In this document: positions 1 through 13,800 of the stretch, piece after piece | Layout: the number at the start of each line of letters is the position of its first letter | How positions within the stretch are numbered: the first letter of the stretch is position 1 | Assembly (NCBI RefSeq): GCF_964204645.1 | Contig: NC_134026.1 | Location: 24,028,150-24,092,149 of the forward strand | DNA length: 64,000 nt | Direction of reading: 5' to 3' | From: Tubulanus polymorphus | Lineage: Eukaryota > Animalia > Nemertea | Translations under genes and position numbers: made by a program | The notes under the pieces: generated by a model | Seen by the model: only the letters and a program-made list of their open reading frames with translations | Database searches by the model: none | What the model was told of the DNA's origin: nothing

Positions 1-7
1 AAAATAC

Positions 8-3000
8 CCTTGTTGATATAGGTAACTCGATCTTCTTCGATTTTTTGGAACACCGATGTCTGTGCTTCAAGTGTATGAACAAAACCCGTTGGGTCTGGAA
101 TTCTGAAAAATTATTATTCGTTACCGAGATTTTTTCAATGAAAGATATTTCTGAGGGGATAGGGTTCGTCTATCTTCCAGAGTAAAGTCTTATTTACCTT
201 TTCGCAACCACGTCGTCCTCAACTGCGTATTCTTCGGGCGAACATTCATAACTTGATCGTCGTTTAGCTGCTCCTCGGTTGCTGCTTTTCTGCTCGCTGG
301 TATAATGTGAGGACTTCATAACGTTTTCCGGCATATCTGCATCCTCATTTGGTCGGTGTTCGTGAACATGGACATGTCCACCGTGTGGATATTGGTGACC
401 TGGCGTGGTCAGTGTCGTGAGATTGATAGGAGAAACGTGTTGGTCCATTTGAGACATTGTTCTCATTTCGTAGTATTGGCTGGTTACGGGTGTTAATGGC
501 TGATATTGTGCGTTCTTCTCGGGTATCATTTGCATCGGTGGATAACCCATACTAACAGCAGCTGGATTCGGGTGGTACATCGGAGGAGGTTGTAAATGGT
601 AACTGTCGCTCCAGGTTGTAGCCATACTTGAATGTAGTGGAGGTAATATAGGACGGGTGTTGAGGGCCTTTCGAAGCGGACTGGTGTCTGAAGCGGTGGG
701 GCTATCTTGAGACATTGGTGACGGAGATTCATTATGAGACGGGTGGCCACCTTTGGGTGACGCCGATGCCATTTGCACGAACTTGCGCCGCATTATTTTT
801 TCGGACAACGCTCGACGTATCTGGTCGCCGGCATCTCTCTGTTGCTGCTGGGTTTGTTCCGATGCACTGAGCTGAGCCACCGCCAGGGCTGCTTCATGTT
901 CTCGATATAGCTATAAATATTTCGGTGAATGCATTGCTTAGATGACTGACACAATATTCAGTTGGAATTAAAAAGAGTACGTAATGAGAGATATCTCATG
1001 AGGACAGATGAGGACCTTATGGTTGAATATAATGTAAACTTTATAATATGGTTACTCACGTGCAATTCTTCTTCTGTCAGTTGATGGTCAGGTATAAACA
1101 ACTTCTCAATACTTGACCCATTCAGTAAGAGAAGCTCGGATTTCTCGCTCCTGGAAGATGGAGGGTAATATACCGATAGACATGTCATTAACAATGTCAG
1201 CGAACGGCACAATGTTAACCCCACAGAGATTAGTTTATCTGACATGATGAATTGACAACAAATGAATAGGTGGCTTTCTGTATCAACCTTTTTCGTGTCT
1301 AGACTGAGGAAAATGTGCCCCGTCTACCAGAAAGAATTGTCCGCGAGCAGTCAATGAATAATTCTAGATACTCTTTTTGTGAAAAAAAAAGAAAACAATC
1401 CAAGATCTTTGTTAGATGAAGATTGTGTAGAATTGTATAGAAAAAGGATAATACTTACTCATCAGACGGTGTCATGTCCCGGCTGGCATTGGCAACCAAC
1501 TTGATTTCATTTTCGCCGATCGGTGGTAGATTTTTATACTCGTGGAGTAAAGCCATAGAAAGAGTCTGTTCCTGTTGTGAAGGATCTCCATTGATAGCAT
1601 TCGTTGCAGCCGTAAGTGGATGGCCGAAGAAAGCATTGATGTCACTGGGTACTTCTCCATCACCTTCACCCCCTTCGATCCTGAAAATACATGTAAGATT
1701 TTGAAATTTCGAACCATGGTGCACGCGGTTGCTCTAAGCTGCTAGCTATCGAAGTGAAATTTGATGGATACCAGGAGTTTCCCGAAAAGTTGTCACTGTG
1801 CAATCTCATTTTTGAATAAGACAACTTCAGTTTAATCTGCCCTAGATATCTTACAGGAAGTCTATTTTCAGCCCAAAAAAATTTCTCAGAAAATGGGGTT
1901 CACTTGAAATCAATAGATCTAGACAATGAGTGACCAGCATTTCTCAAATTCGTTTGGGTTCAACGCAGGTCCAACGGGTCAACGCTATCCATCGTAACAA
2001 TGAGACGCCTCAACTGATTGCACCTGAAACTGACCGATGCATAAACCTTGGACGTTTCGCTTGAATTTAAGGTTACAGGAGTTCATTTAAGATTACATGA
2101 ATGAATTCAAAAAGTTAGTGGTTAAATGTATTTTTCAAATAAATTTTTAAATAAATAAATTTTTTTCATTGTGCGTTAGAGAGAGATTTTATAGTCTGAA
2201 GATTTTGGTTCTCTAGCCCCCTCAAGCGCCTAATGTAGTAGTTTTACATTTATTACATGGGGTAGATCAGGTTCTGTTCCACAGTTCGTTGCACGGGCAC
2301 GTCTGCATTTTTCAGATTTTCATGAAAAGGTAAAAGGTGGCCATAAAAGAATCATAAATAATGCATTTCTATATCGATATTACAAAGACTCGGTCGAATT
2401 GTGTACATGAAAAAAAACGAACAAAATAACGCTAATGCAATGAAATATGTATGATTCGATTCATGAACCTGGGAACCTAGTGGAAATTTCTGAATTTCGT
2501 GGGAATGTTAATCGTGATTGCCAAGAAAACTTCCTCGTTAATATTTCATGACTTCACCAAAAGATGAAAAAAAGAAAACGCATCGATTATATTCGCATGA
2601 TAAAATCTCTTAACGAAAGCAATTCGACATCCGTCATAATTTTCAGGGTTAAATAGAATTAAGTTTCTCCTAAAACATTGATTTCTCGATTAGAAAATAT
2701 GGAGCTGCACGTTCGTTTAAAGTGCCAACGATTTAACAACCATGTTGCATTCAAAGCAAATGCATAATTTCATCGCAAATTCTCTATGAAGACAAAAATG
2801 TTTTTTTCATCGTAAAGTTATTATGCCAATGATGTACAGCATACGACCGAAGTTTTCAAAGATTGGGAATTAAACACAGTAGCTGGCGCCGTCGTAGTAG
2901 TAATAAAAGTGCAAACAGACTCCGGTGACCAAGTCTAGAACATCCCGTTTGTTATGTGATTACTGACCTGAAACGATTTTTATGATTCGGTTTAGAAGAA

Positions 3001-3745
3001 AACCTTAAGGACGGCTGTATTGTGAATGTGGAGTGCTCGAATTACACATACTTTTAGACGTTTGTATAAAGGGAATGCATTTATGCTATTCAATGCTTTG
3101 GGGGAATTAAAGACATGTCATCGGAATAATATTTGCAATTAAAATACGCGTATGTCGTCGTCAATCCATTGAATAAGACTGTACATTGGGCTTTATTAGC
3201 GCACAGTAAGACGGTATAAGTTTATATATATCTTCTACGTAAACAGATTTCTTAGTTACATAAAATCGCTCGAAATAATGTGTAATGCAATTCGTTTTGA
3301 TGAAACCCCTTAGAAAATAATGCATGTTCTATTAGTTGATTTCATATTTCATACCTTACATAAATGAACTATGGATGTTTTAAATCCTCTCCTACGACGT
3401 CCGAACAAGTCTGGCCTAACCTAACCGCGGCGGTGGCCACATGATGTCTACTAATGTCCATAAAAACCGGTAGCTACACCCGTTCAATGACAATGTCCAT
3501 GTAAACTAATTAACAAAAGATAATCATTCCGGTTTTCGTGTGTAATAGGACCCTCGACCCGAATAGCGATGCCAAACTACTATTGGAGCCGGTTCCTTTT
3601 ACTCCCAAACCAGAAATTCAAGAACATCGAGCTATAAATTCTATTGACAATCATTGTCCCTCGGTTTGTTTAAAACCTCGATTGCAGGACATTGGTGTAT
3701 ATTTAGCCGAACTTACCTTTCAAGTTTTGGGGTTACAGTTAGCAT
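8..3745 (-). CDS. grh: Grainyhead-like (Grh/CP2 family) transcription factor, 5' portion; gene continues beyond the left edge
   Basis: Phase-consistent GT-AG exons 3745-3717 (MLTVTPKLE), 1680-1459, 1150-1060, 910-198, 102-8. Exon 2 has FFGHPLTAATNAINGD...MALLHEYKNLP, resembling the GRHL N-terminal ENPLTAATKAMMSINGD...LLYDYYKVP motif. The last visible exon, GFVHTLEAQTSVFQKIEEDRVTYINKG, matches the start of the CP2/Grh DNA-binding domain. The first exon is the least certain. Confidence 0.9.
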
Positions 3746-3834
3746 GGTTACCCAACCAGTTGAACCAGTCTCGGCGAACTTCCTCCCGTAAAAGGAACAG
3801 GTTTACAAGCGCCCAGTGTTATTGTATTCTGGTT
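3465..3834. promoter_or_regulatory. Cluster of Grainyhead-type binding sites around the putative grh first exon
   Basis: Near matches to AACCGGTT: AACCGGTA 3465, TTCCGGTT 3527, AGCCGGTT 3587, AACCAGTT 3754, AACCAGTC 3763, AACAGGTT 3796, and a weaker TTCTGGTT 3827. Confidence 0.55.
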
Positions 3835-6800
3835 TGACTTTAAGCTGCGGTTTTGAGACAGATCCACTTGTATTCGAGACACCTGTCCCTGCTGATCAGT
3901 CCGTGAACTTCACGCTAAAATTCTATGACTTTTCGTTAAAACGCACAAATTTTCGCGTTCGCGCCTTCGCGATTTGAGTCGGAGTTCTCACGCAACTATA
4001 AGCATGCCCTAGTGAGATTTTTCATGTAGGGTTTGACAATGATTCACACTATTTATTTAATGCAGGCCCGGAGCTTTTCATTTTATTTTGCGTGTCAGAC
4101 GTATAGTTCATGTTAAATACGACCATCGTTGTGCATGTACAAAGCATTTTCTATAGATCGCGCATAGTAATGGCTTCGTTTCTTACAATTTTCTTTGAGC
4201 TAAAAATAGTTCTGATTTTTTTAACCAAGAAGCTATTGTGAAAACACCGTGGACCGTGTATTCGATCCCATAGTTAGTATGTAAAGGCATATAAAAGCGA
4301 AGTGCGGTAACAAAATTGAAATACTTGAATGCACCAAATTTACCGATAATAAGACATTCAGATTGTGTGCTTTCTATTAAAGCCCTTTGGAATCACCAGA
4401 AGGGATACTCCTCAATACGAAACATCTTTAAAACCTTGAACTCAATTGAAGAAAATTGATACGCTAAAAATAACTTTGAAACTACATTCCTATGTTCAAA
4501 ACTCCATTACTCATATATTGTGTAGGCAGATTTAACTATGCATTTAAAACCTACAGAAATCCACAGCACGTTTTTCATTTGAGACCAAATCGGATGAGTT
4601 TACACTTTCTAATTCATTTTACCACAAAAAACCGTATAATCAATCATGTTACGTAATATGGTAAGTAATATCAAAACTATACACCCTTTTGGTGTACGTG
4701 TAGATTTTCTGATAATATGATATATCCATTACGGTATTATAGAGTAACCAAATGATAAGAGACAAGACACGACAGACACGAGACACCAGACATTGTGAAC
4801 AAAATCTATGAAAATATACTGAGATAGAGCATCAGTTTTAATGTGGGCGGAGAAGATCGTTTGGTTAGATGTCAACGTTTACCAACGCGCCACCTTCCAT
4901 ACATTTCTATAGCTACAACTGCTTATTGATTTATGGTGCGGCGCTTGAGCATGATCCGAATTAATCTTTTGCGACCAAACGAATTTTGAGGCGCGAAAAC
5001 AAAATTATTATAGATTTTTGCTCCATAGTTTTCATTTTGTGTTTTTCCTAATCGTTGTCAAATAGAAAAATCAGCCACCATAGAAAAAAAAGAAAAAATA
5101 ATGGCAAAACCAATCGTTAAGAAATCTTATCTAATTTCTAAGAGGGAATACTTTCATCAATTCTTTTATGTAACTCCTGATTATGAAAAATTCGTAAATT
5201 GTACAATACCGTTACATTATACAATACAAGGTAATACATCTCTAATTAAACAGATTTGATTTTACGAGCAGCTTGTTTTCACTTGGTCAGGAGCACCTAT
5301 AGCATTTCTGAAAGTGAGTGCAGCCGCCGATCAGGCAGCCTGAACAGAATGAATAGAGCGTCCACAGCATTTTCCATTAGCAGTCTCATTTGAGTACCAT
5401 TACTTAATCAAATAATTACTTGCCGTACGGGATAAATTAAGTTTCAATTCGAATATTACGGTGCCTGGCGATCATTTAGCGGTAGTAACGCATCTGCGCG
5501 CGAGAGAGGAGTTGATGATGCTGAGTACGGATAAGGCTTCCGATTGCTAGTTGCCGTAGCAGTCGATGTCGGCGTGGATGCGACTGAGCTGCATAATTGT
5601 GTTCGCGATAATAACCCAGAACGATCGAGATTCAAAATGAGACTCCCGAAGGTAAGGATCGAATGATTCCTTCTTGGTTTTCAGCTAATTTAGCATTGAT
5701 TAACGATCGGTCAGATTCGTAATACACATTTTCATTCGTCATATCATCCGCGATGCATAATATATGACTCAAGTGTTGCAGTATCGGTTTTACCAAGCGA
5801 TACGCGAAGCAAACTCACCGAGAACGCCATGTTTCAGCACGCCTACGTACTAAAATGCGTCTACGATTCTTTCCTGGGGATTCTTGCTATGGTACTCGGG
5901 GAATCACTAATCGTTTCATACACAAGAATGAGCCATTTATTTGTATTTTATAAATATATATATGCTGTAATAAGAAGATGTACTGATCTATACGCAGAAG
6001 TATTTGGTGTATATGTTTTAACAAATTCAAATATACAACTGATTCTATCTCCTAATGAGATATGTTTCACATATTTTGTGCTTTTAGTGCACAGGACAAA
6101 TATATATAGTCGCGTTTGCAAGTGAGTGTATATTGCTTTCAGGTAATCAAGCATGGAATTATGAATATATACATATATGTGTTAATTTTCTAGATGACTA
6201 GCAGTTAAACCGTTAACGAGTTACAGAAGATCCGTAGCCGTTATATTTACATAATGAAATAAAAGCAGGGATATTATGTGAACAACAACACCTCAAAATA
6301 GATATCCATTTAAACCTCATTCCCCGTACTTACCTCGCAACTAAGCTAGCTGCGCACGTACAGATCTCTAGCTTTTACATTGATGCATATAGTACCGGTA
6401 GCTGAGATCGCACTGAAGAAGCATGAGAAAATTGATTTACAATATCTTTCAGAAGCTCGAACGCAGCGGATATAATTGGTTTTCTCGAAGAACGAGGGTC
6501 AGCGATTCGACTGGTGCAAACTGAGAACGGAAAAAACGTAGATAAACAAATCTCTTTTCTGCGTTGATTTAGCGACACTCAGAAACTTAATTATAGTCGA
6601 AATACCGCCTAGATATAGTTACACTTAATAATTCATCATGCTGCACTTGGAACTAAGATTTCATAACAAAGTTGCCATCAAAGCAACAAGACGCATTGGT
6701 CGTTCGTTAGTTGTCTTGCGGCTAGATAGGACTTTACCCATTTAAGTAATAATGATTCGAGCGCAATCAGGCGCTGTCGGGAAACCTTGATTGCTTGGTA

Positions 6801-9800
6801 TATACCTCATATATGAACTGATTATATAGTTCGTAGGGTACCATACAATATTCATCAGGATTTCGTGTCGACGATGTAACATCCCAGCGGGTTATAATGT
6901 TACTATTAATGTAACGAATAATACACGTGAGCTAGCTATAATACATTTTCGTGTCCCAGAACACTCGGCGGATGTTTGAAGTAATCGTATGTTAACCAAT
7001 CAGCGGCCTCGTATTTGGAATCCATCCAATCGGCTTTAATCGACATTATCTGCCAAGAATATATAGATAATATATACGTACACGCATGAATATTCTATTC
7101 TCAAATGTCACAATTCTTCTCGAACGGTGGTTACAAAACTACCTTGATTATCAGATATCGATATGCCTAGACGTTACACTCATCTAGAAGTTGGGGCACT
7201 GCGTGAATTTGTTACCGTATAGAAACCGAAATGAATTGATAACATGTATATGCATATATGGACCAATTGGGAGAATCGGACCGCCAAATCAATTCAATAT
7301 ATTGATTGAGTCCGTTCTGTGTGTTGAACATGTACGTATTACGCTACTTGTAAACGCATAGTGTACTACTACTCTCCAGAATAATAAATGACATCCATAC
7401 AAACACCCGATTTCACATCATCAAAACTGTTTCCACGAGTTCGGATAATTGAGTGTCGAATGATATATTGCGTCCGATTCATTTAGAGAGAATTTGCGTG
7501 GATTAAACTACGACATTTCATACACGATTGTGACACTAATTATAACGGACATCTAGGTATTACCGAGGTATTATGATGCGGATGCTGCGAAACCAATGCA
7601 ATATTCATTCGCCGCCTAAAGCGTCAACTGTGAATTTTGATTCGTTCAAATTACTAGCGTAGGAAATATTATAATTCAAATATGTGTAAGTTTTATTTTT
7701 CTAAATTTGAAAGCAAAATTTTCATATTCGATATTTTCCACCAGAAAATGGTAACATATGGTGCGGGGTGTCTCATCCTTCGAATAGGAAAAATAGAACA
7801 TTGATCTATGTATACCCTTATTATTACTTAGATAAATGAATTAATGATTAACACTGTGTTTATTTTTGCTAGTGTAGAAATCATTTCCTATTCTGTTTGG
7901 ATGTTTAATTCATAACGCATCATGTACTTCTATTTTTTACGATTGTTCATAGCGTAAAGAATGAATATCGTATCGTGTGTAGGCTAATCACACGTCTATA
8001 CGAAAAAAACCTAAAACATGTATATTTCATGTCACGGTATGACAGATGATGCATATGATATTCTAATCATTATGTTAAAATTATTTTGATACTTCGATGG
8101 CCGGGTTTTTTATTCATAGAGTAATGATATATTCATCATCGTAATGTGTTATTTCGCGAAAGCTTTATTTACTACGTATTGTTCGTCGAAATACTTTCGA
8201 ATCGGTCGAAATCCGTCTATTACTGCCTCAAATGGGCGATGTAACAATGTGGACTATTTATTTATATATTGGTAGGCTAACCGTTATAGGCGATCGACCA
8301 AGATTGCTCGCCTTATTAACTGCCATCTACAACGGAAAGCTGAGAGTTATCAATCAGTTGGCAATTCATCAAATCAAATTATTCACGTTCGGGATGAAAT
8401 GCCCAAGAAATTACCGCGGACAAATGCTGTATATACGTACTTGTTATATACTTTACATGTACGTTCGTACATGCCCTGGTATTGTCCTGACGACTAAACA
8501 TTGGCGACATGAAGCATCCTCCGTCCCAATTGTCATTCGGTAGAATATTCGTCACAACTGATATCGTTTCCAATTGAATCATCGAAAATCAATAGAATTT
8601 CCCCATAAAACTGTAAGACAGTTTCGTTCGATTTGCAATACTCATTGATATAGCTGTTTAAGCGCATGATTAACGCGTTCTTTCCTGTAGAAAAGGTCGT
8701 CATGAAAATTGGAAGATTTTGCCTTCTGTGAGTTTTCCTAATGCTTATCCGAATCTCACATTATTGATGGCTATAACGATGGCCCCGTGAGCAAGAATAA
8801 TCAGGGATGGATTGGCTACCAACCAGCCTGTGGAGGGATGTAACGAATTCGTTATCCTCCCTGTAACGGGAAGATTTCTACGTAACAGCCCCTGGATACC
8901 TGGCCTGCTCGTAGCATGCAAATATATGATCTATGCACTTAGATTTATGCTGAATCAATGCATTGAGAGCTCGGTGATAATTTCCATCAATAACTGCCTA
9001 CAGCGTGATATATTTACATGAATTCTCTCTCTTTCATTCTCTCGGGTCAGACTGAGGGGGACTATATTCATAAACCCACCGCGAGTGGGGGGTAACGGTG
9101 CCTTATACAAGCTGAAATAGCGTCGATATTCCGAGATTTATTAATTAAACTATTGTATAGATGTGAATGTTCATTCTAGGGACTATCTTCCCGGCCTGAC
9201 GTCCACAATAACACGATTTCGGTTAACCGAGAAACGATTGATTATATCGGGAAGTTGTGGTTATTGGCTTCTCCTGACGCTGGATATAACATTGCTTGTT
9301 CGGCTAATAGATCGACGCGTCCGAATATCCAAAGACAACAAATCCCAATAGTCTGTGTGCACGTATATTATCTAACAGCGCAAGCACTAAAAACGAAGAT
9401 ATTTTCCGAACGCCGCCTGACAAGTGCCGTCGTGCAAAATGACAAGGCAATTTCGCATATCTTCATGTGTTATAAACGGCGATGGTTGGCGTTCTTGGTT
9501 ATAAAACCAGTTATCATGCATCGTGTTTAAGATGCCTTGCGCAGTCTTCTTGTCGTTTGTCTTCATTTTACTGCCTCCGTTAAACCACATGGGTACAATG
9601 AGCTGTGAAGCAGATTGCATATATTGAAGTTTTGCTGACTACAGGAATGCATTAGACATTCGTTACATGACGAACATACGTACACTTCGTGCCACCTTAT
9701 TAATTTTTTTTCGTCAGATTTCATAAAAAAGAAAATCGTTATAGGATTCTCTTTTGAAAATCTTTACAAAGAAATCAATAGTTCGTGGGGTTCAAGCTCG

Positions 9801-10875
9801 CCGTGGTGTTTCTAACCAGTACCTGGTGACCATATAAAGAAAAAGAACATTCATGGCTCATTATTGTTAATACAAACGTCACAATGTCCAATATAATGTC
9901 TCACTACATTAAAGTAAATATGCTGATTTATAGGACTATAATACATTTATAATACATTCAGAAATCGTTATATAAATGGGAAAGTAAGTTCAGTTTACCT
10001 TTCAATTACGTTGGATGTCACGATAAGGAAAAAGAACAGTTGGATTTATAAGATAGTGATCGATGTGAGGATAATAGGTGCCGGAAAAGCACTATTTCTA
10101 TATATATATTTAGATATACTTATAATCGAGTCAATCAGGTATTTTTGTGATAACGTTTTAGCGTTGATTTTAGTGAGCTTAGAGATAGAAGAACTGACTG
10201 AGTTTTGGATCGTGTTCCCTAGGTTACCAATTGAACGCACAGTACATAACATCTTAAGTGAATACGAGTGAAGCTAGCATAATGAGATCATGTCGGCTAG
10301 GGATTAACTAGCAATTCTGCGACTGATACTCCGCTTCGGTGAGAGCCTCGGCTAAATGTTTGCTGCGTTGACATTTCTAAAAATGATTCAACAGCGTTGG
10401 CAAAAAACTGAGATGCACCGGTCACCCTGCTTTTAGGCAGCCACGGAACGGGTACGAGCTAGCTGCATATCTGTTCATATTCAACACTGACCGATAGACC
10501 ATCGAAATTTCCCGACTTGGATTCTACACACTGTGTATAAGCTTAGTTTATGTGAACAACATTTGCCGTGAAGTTGAATCGTTATTTTTCTCAAGTAGGG
10601 AACGGATCATTTTATTCGTGCACCTGGCAAATTAAGGGTTAAATAATTGATAAGGATATAATAGGTTGTCGTTACATTGTACTTATTGGCTAATGTTAAT
10701 ACAATTTTTCATCATTTCAGTTTCATGAGCCGTGAGGTATGCAGTGCGTATGATTCACAAGAGGAAGAATTCGCGGCCTAAAATGACTGTTCGAATATGT
10801 TAATAAATCGAGTGCCTTAGCATCTAGGTTCGGAAAATTAGTTCACTTTACTACTATACTTACAAGGTATATGCA

Positions 10876-13800
10876 ATGGCATTGTGGCGATATCGTGTAT
10901 CTACCTCTTTATTTGTTTTAATTTTGGGCAGCTTTGTCCCTTCAAATTGGGGCTTCGTTTATGAACCGTATTACAAAAATGGCATGCGACATAAAGATCC
11001 CATTGCCGAAAGTCGTGTGATGAGTTTGGAAGAGGCCGACGGTCCATTGCCTTGCGTGATGGATTTGAAACCGAATAGGAGTCGAAAGTTGTTACTCGAC
11101 TCGCCATTCCAAGTAATCCGATTCAACTGTTCGTGCCCCCATTCACCCATAATTCTCGAACGCAGAAACAATGAAAGCATCTACATTATCGTAAAAACAT
11201 CAGATTTCGTGGTAGCGAGACCGATGGTGTTGAAAGACCTTCGTCGTTGTATCAACAGGGACGACTGTGACCGCATTAGCGTATGGATTGATAATTGCGA
11301 CAAGGAAAAGGGATTTAAGATCGAACCGCTCCACATCGGACGTGTGAATTTCACTATCGAAATGATACAGTATTCTTACAACTCTCAGGGATTAAAAACA
11401 CCAAATGGCAGCCTATGGGACACGAAACTGTTGTACGAGTACAATTATAATGCGGTCGTCACGCGGAGGCGTAGAATGGTAGATACGGTCTTTGACGTGT
11501 TGATCGCGATGCTGGCCGTTCTGACTAGTTTCGCTGTCGGCTGCTTATGTGATGGTGAAAGCATCAAGAAACATTATAAGAATCCATTGGGTCTGATTGG
11601 TCTCTTAGTCTGCCAGCTTCTGCTAATGCCAACGGTATGTACCATAGACATAGTTAATTTTTATACTGCATATATATTTCTTTTTACTAGGATTGGGATT
11701 CGTCATCTCTATCTTGTGTCGCCCGTGCAATTTTCCGATGCACTTACTGAAATTGTACATTGTCCCGTATCAAGACCAAATAACTGTACGCTTCGCTGAA
11801 GTGATATATGAATAAATCTGTCAACCATGCGAAATACATGACATTGAAATGTATCCTTTTATTCTACATCTCGGTAATGTTTGCAGTAACAACATTGTCT
11901 CAGTCAACACATGGCTTGTCAATAAATAGAGATAATATGAAATCTGGTCATCAGCGTCATATGCTTCCCGCCGTTGAGCCGAGTCGGTGCTATTGCAGCT
12001 TCCACCATTGGATACCATACAACACCGAGATTAAAAATTAATACGCACTTACCATGAAAAAATTACTTACCCTCTTTTGTGGACACTTCTTGGCAATTCA
12101 TTAGACAAGATGTGGAATAACCAAAACAATTGGTTCGGCAGCTAATTTTGATTTTTACGAATTGTTGAATTCACCTTTTCACTATTTGAAGTATGCATAT
12201 ATCTAAAAATTGGTAAGGGTAATGTAAGATACAAGTATACTATAGCTTATATATGAACGGCGAAGATGAGGATAATGAATACGAACAGAGCGTCGTATAA
12301 CGAGGGGAGGTTATTTGTAGAACAAGAACTACAAGACGTGCATCTTATTTTGTTTTTAGTTCGTGAACTCTTATCTCTTTCCTACTTCTTTTCTGTGGTT
12401 TGTATCGTGCACAGGCGTTATCAACTCCGTCCTTGGCTTAAGAAATAGATGTATTGTTTTCCAGTTTACTAGGTTCTAGTAAATTGTGGTACTGTTTGAT
12501 TTTTTCCCATGTCGGCGTGGGAATAGTAACAAATGTTGTTTTAAGATATTTCGAATATTCTTTAAGTATCTCTTGACAATTGGAACTTCATTTTCCATTT
12601 ATAGCAGCTAGCCTTGGACTCTAAAACCATTCTTCCGTTGAGTAAACAAATGAATTTTCTGAGAAAGTAGTTTTCCGTTTTGTTGTTCAAACCATATATA
12701 CTAGCATGGTTGCTAATACGGGCCAGTATGAAGATCTTTCATTATGCAAATTAAGATGGAAAAACGGTAAAACGCCAATGACACAAATCACCCACCGCAT
12801 TATATACTCTACTCTCATGTTTATACATCGTAGCGGATTTTCCGTTAAGATATTCATCCTATTCGAGAAAATTTAGATTCTGTATATTGAGGGCTTCGTT
12901 TCTACTCAAGTTGTCATTGTCATTGATTCAATGTTGACGTTCAATGACATTAGTTTAGTATGGCATTCATGAACATGTTATTTCGACGGGTTCTTCAGCT
13001 GCAGAAAAACTGCCGTTAACCTATGACGCACAGTGAGGTTTGATCTGCCTCTCCGTCTATTTCCTGCAACGATTTCGATATCGATTCTTCCGCCATCACT
13101 CCTACGAGATTTATTGAACGCTCGATGTGATGTCGGAATATCAGCATATTGGCTTGCCTAACATCACGGCAATACACAAATTCGACCGGTAATATCCAAT
13201 TCAATGAGATACTTCAACGCTTTCAACTGATAGTAAAATAAGCCAATCTCTCCGCTGGTTCTACTGACACATTTAGCAGTCTAGTAAACATAGATGATGA
13301 GGGGTAGAAGGGAGGAAGGGAAAGATTTAAAGCTTAAAACAGATTATGTTAATCAATTCAACGCCTGCCAGTAGGAGTTGGAGTTAAATGCTAATTCGTG
13401 GCTGTTGATAATTTACTAAGTAAACACTAAAACCATCGGCTGCATGAGCAAATCCAACTTCATCACACAAAGAATGAACCATGTACGAAAACAGAACGTG
13501 ATTCAATTAGATTGGAAAACATTTGAATTATTAACATATATATACTAAGAATTACCCATGGGCAATCAGCTAATTACTTCACATTGAAGCATTATGTGCA
13601 TGTTTTATTTGAATTCCAAATAAGATTGCGTTCACATATTTCTTGATTCTTTAAAATAAATCGTTTAATCAAAACGTACTAAAATCTCGAAGGCTTTCTC
13701 ATTAGTATTCTGAGGACTGCCTAACCGGCCCTTTCGTCACAATCATGGAAATGGGGAACGTTTGATATACCGATGTTTGCACGAATCTGAATTATTGAAT

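Noticed and set aside
5637-5657. caaaATG AGA CTC CCG AAG|gtaagg as a possible first exon of the SLC10 gene
   Set aside because: Splicing to the acceptor at 10720 hits a stop within five codons. At most a UTR exon or uORF, and unsupported without transcripts.
6328-6578. Minus-strand consensus donor (GAG|gtaagt) as an alternative grh first exon
   Set aside because: No convincing in-frame start; cannot be supported from sequence alone.
3838-10700. Numerous 60-100 aa ORFs in the long grh/SLC10 intergenic region
   Set aside because: No recognisable motifs, many non-ATG starts and no consistent splice chain; probably regulatory DNA.
12981-12998. Minus-strand CTGAAGA...GAAA hammerhead-like spacing (similar case near 30494-30535)
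   Set aside because: No stem II or stem I pairing; chance occurrence.
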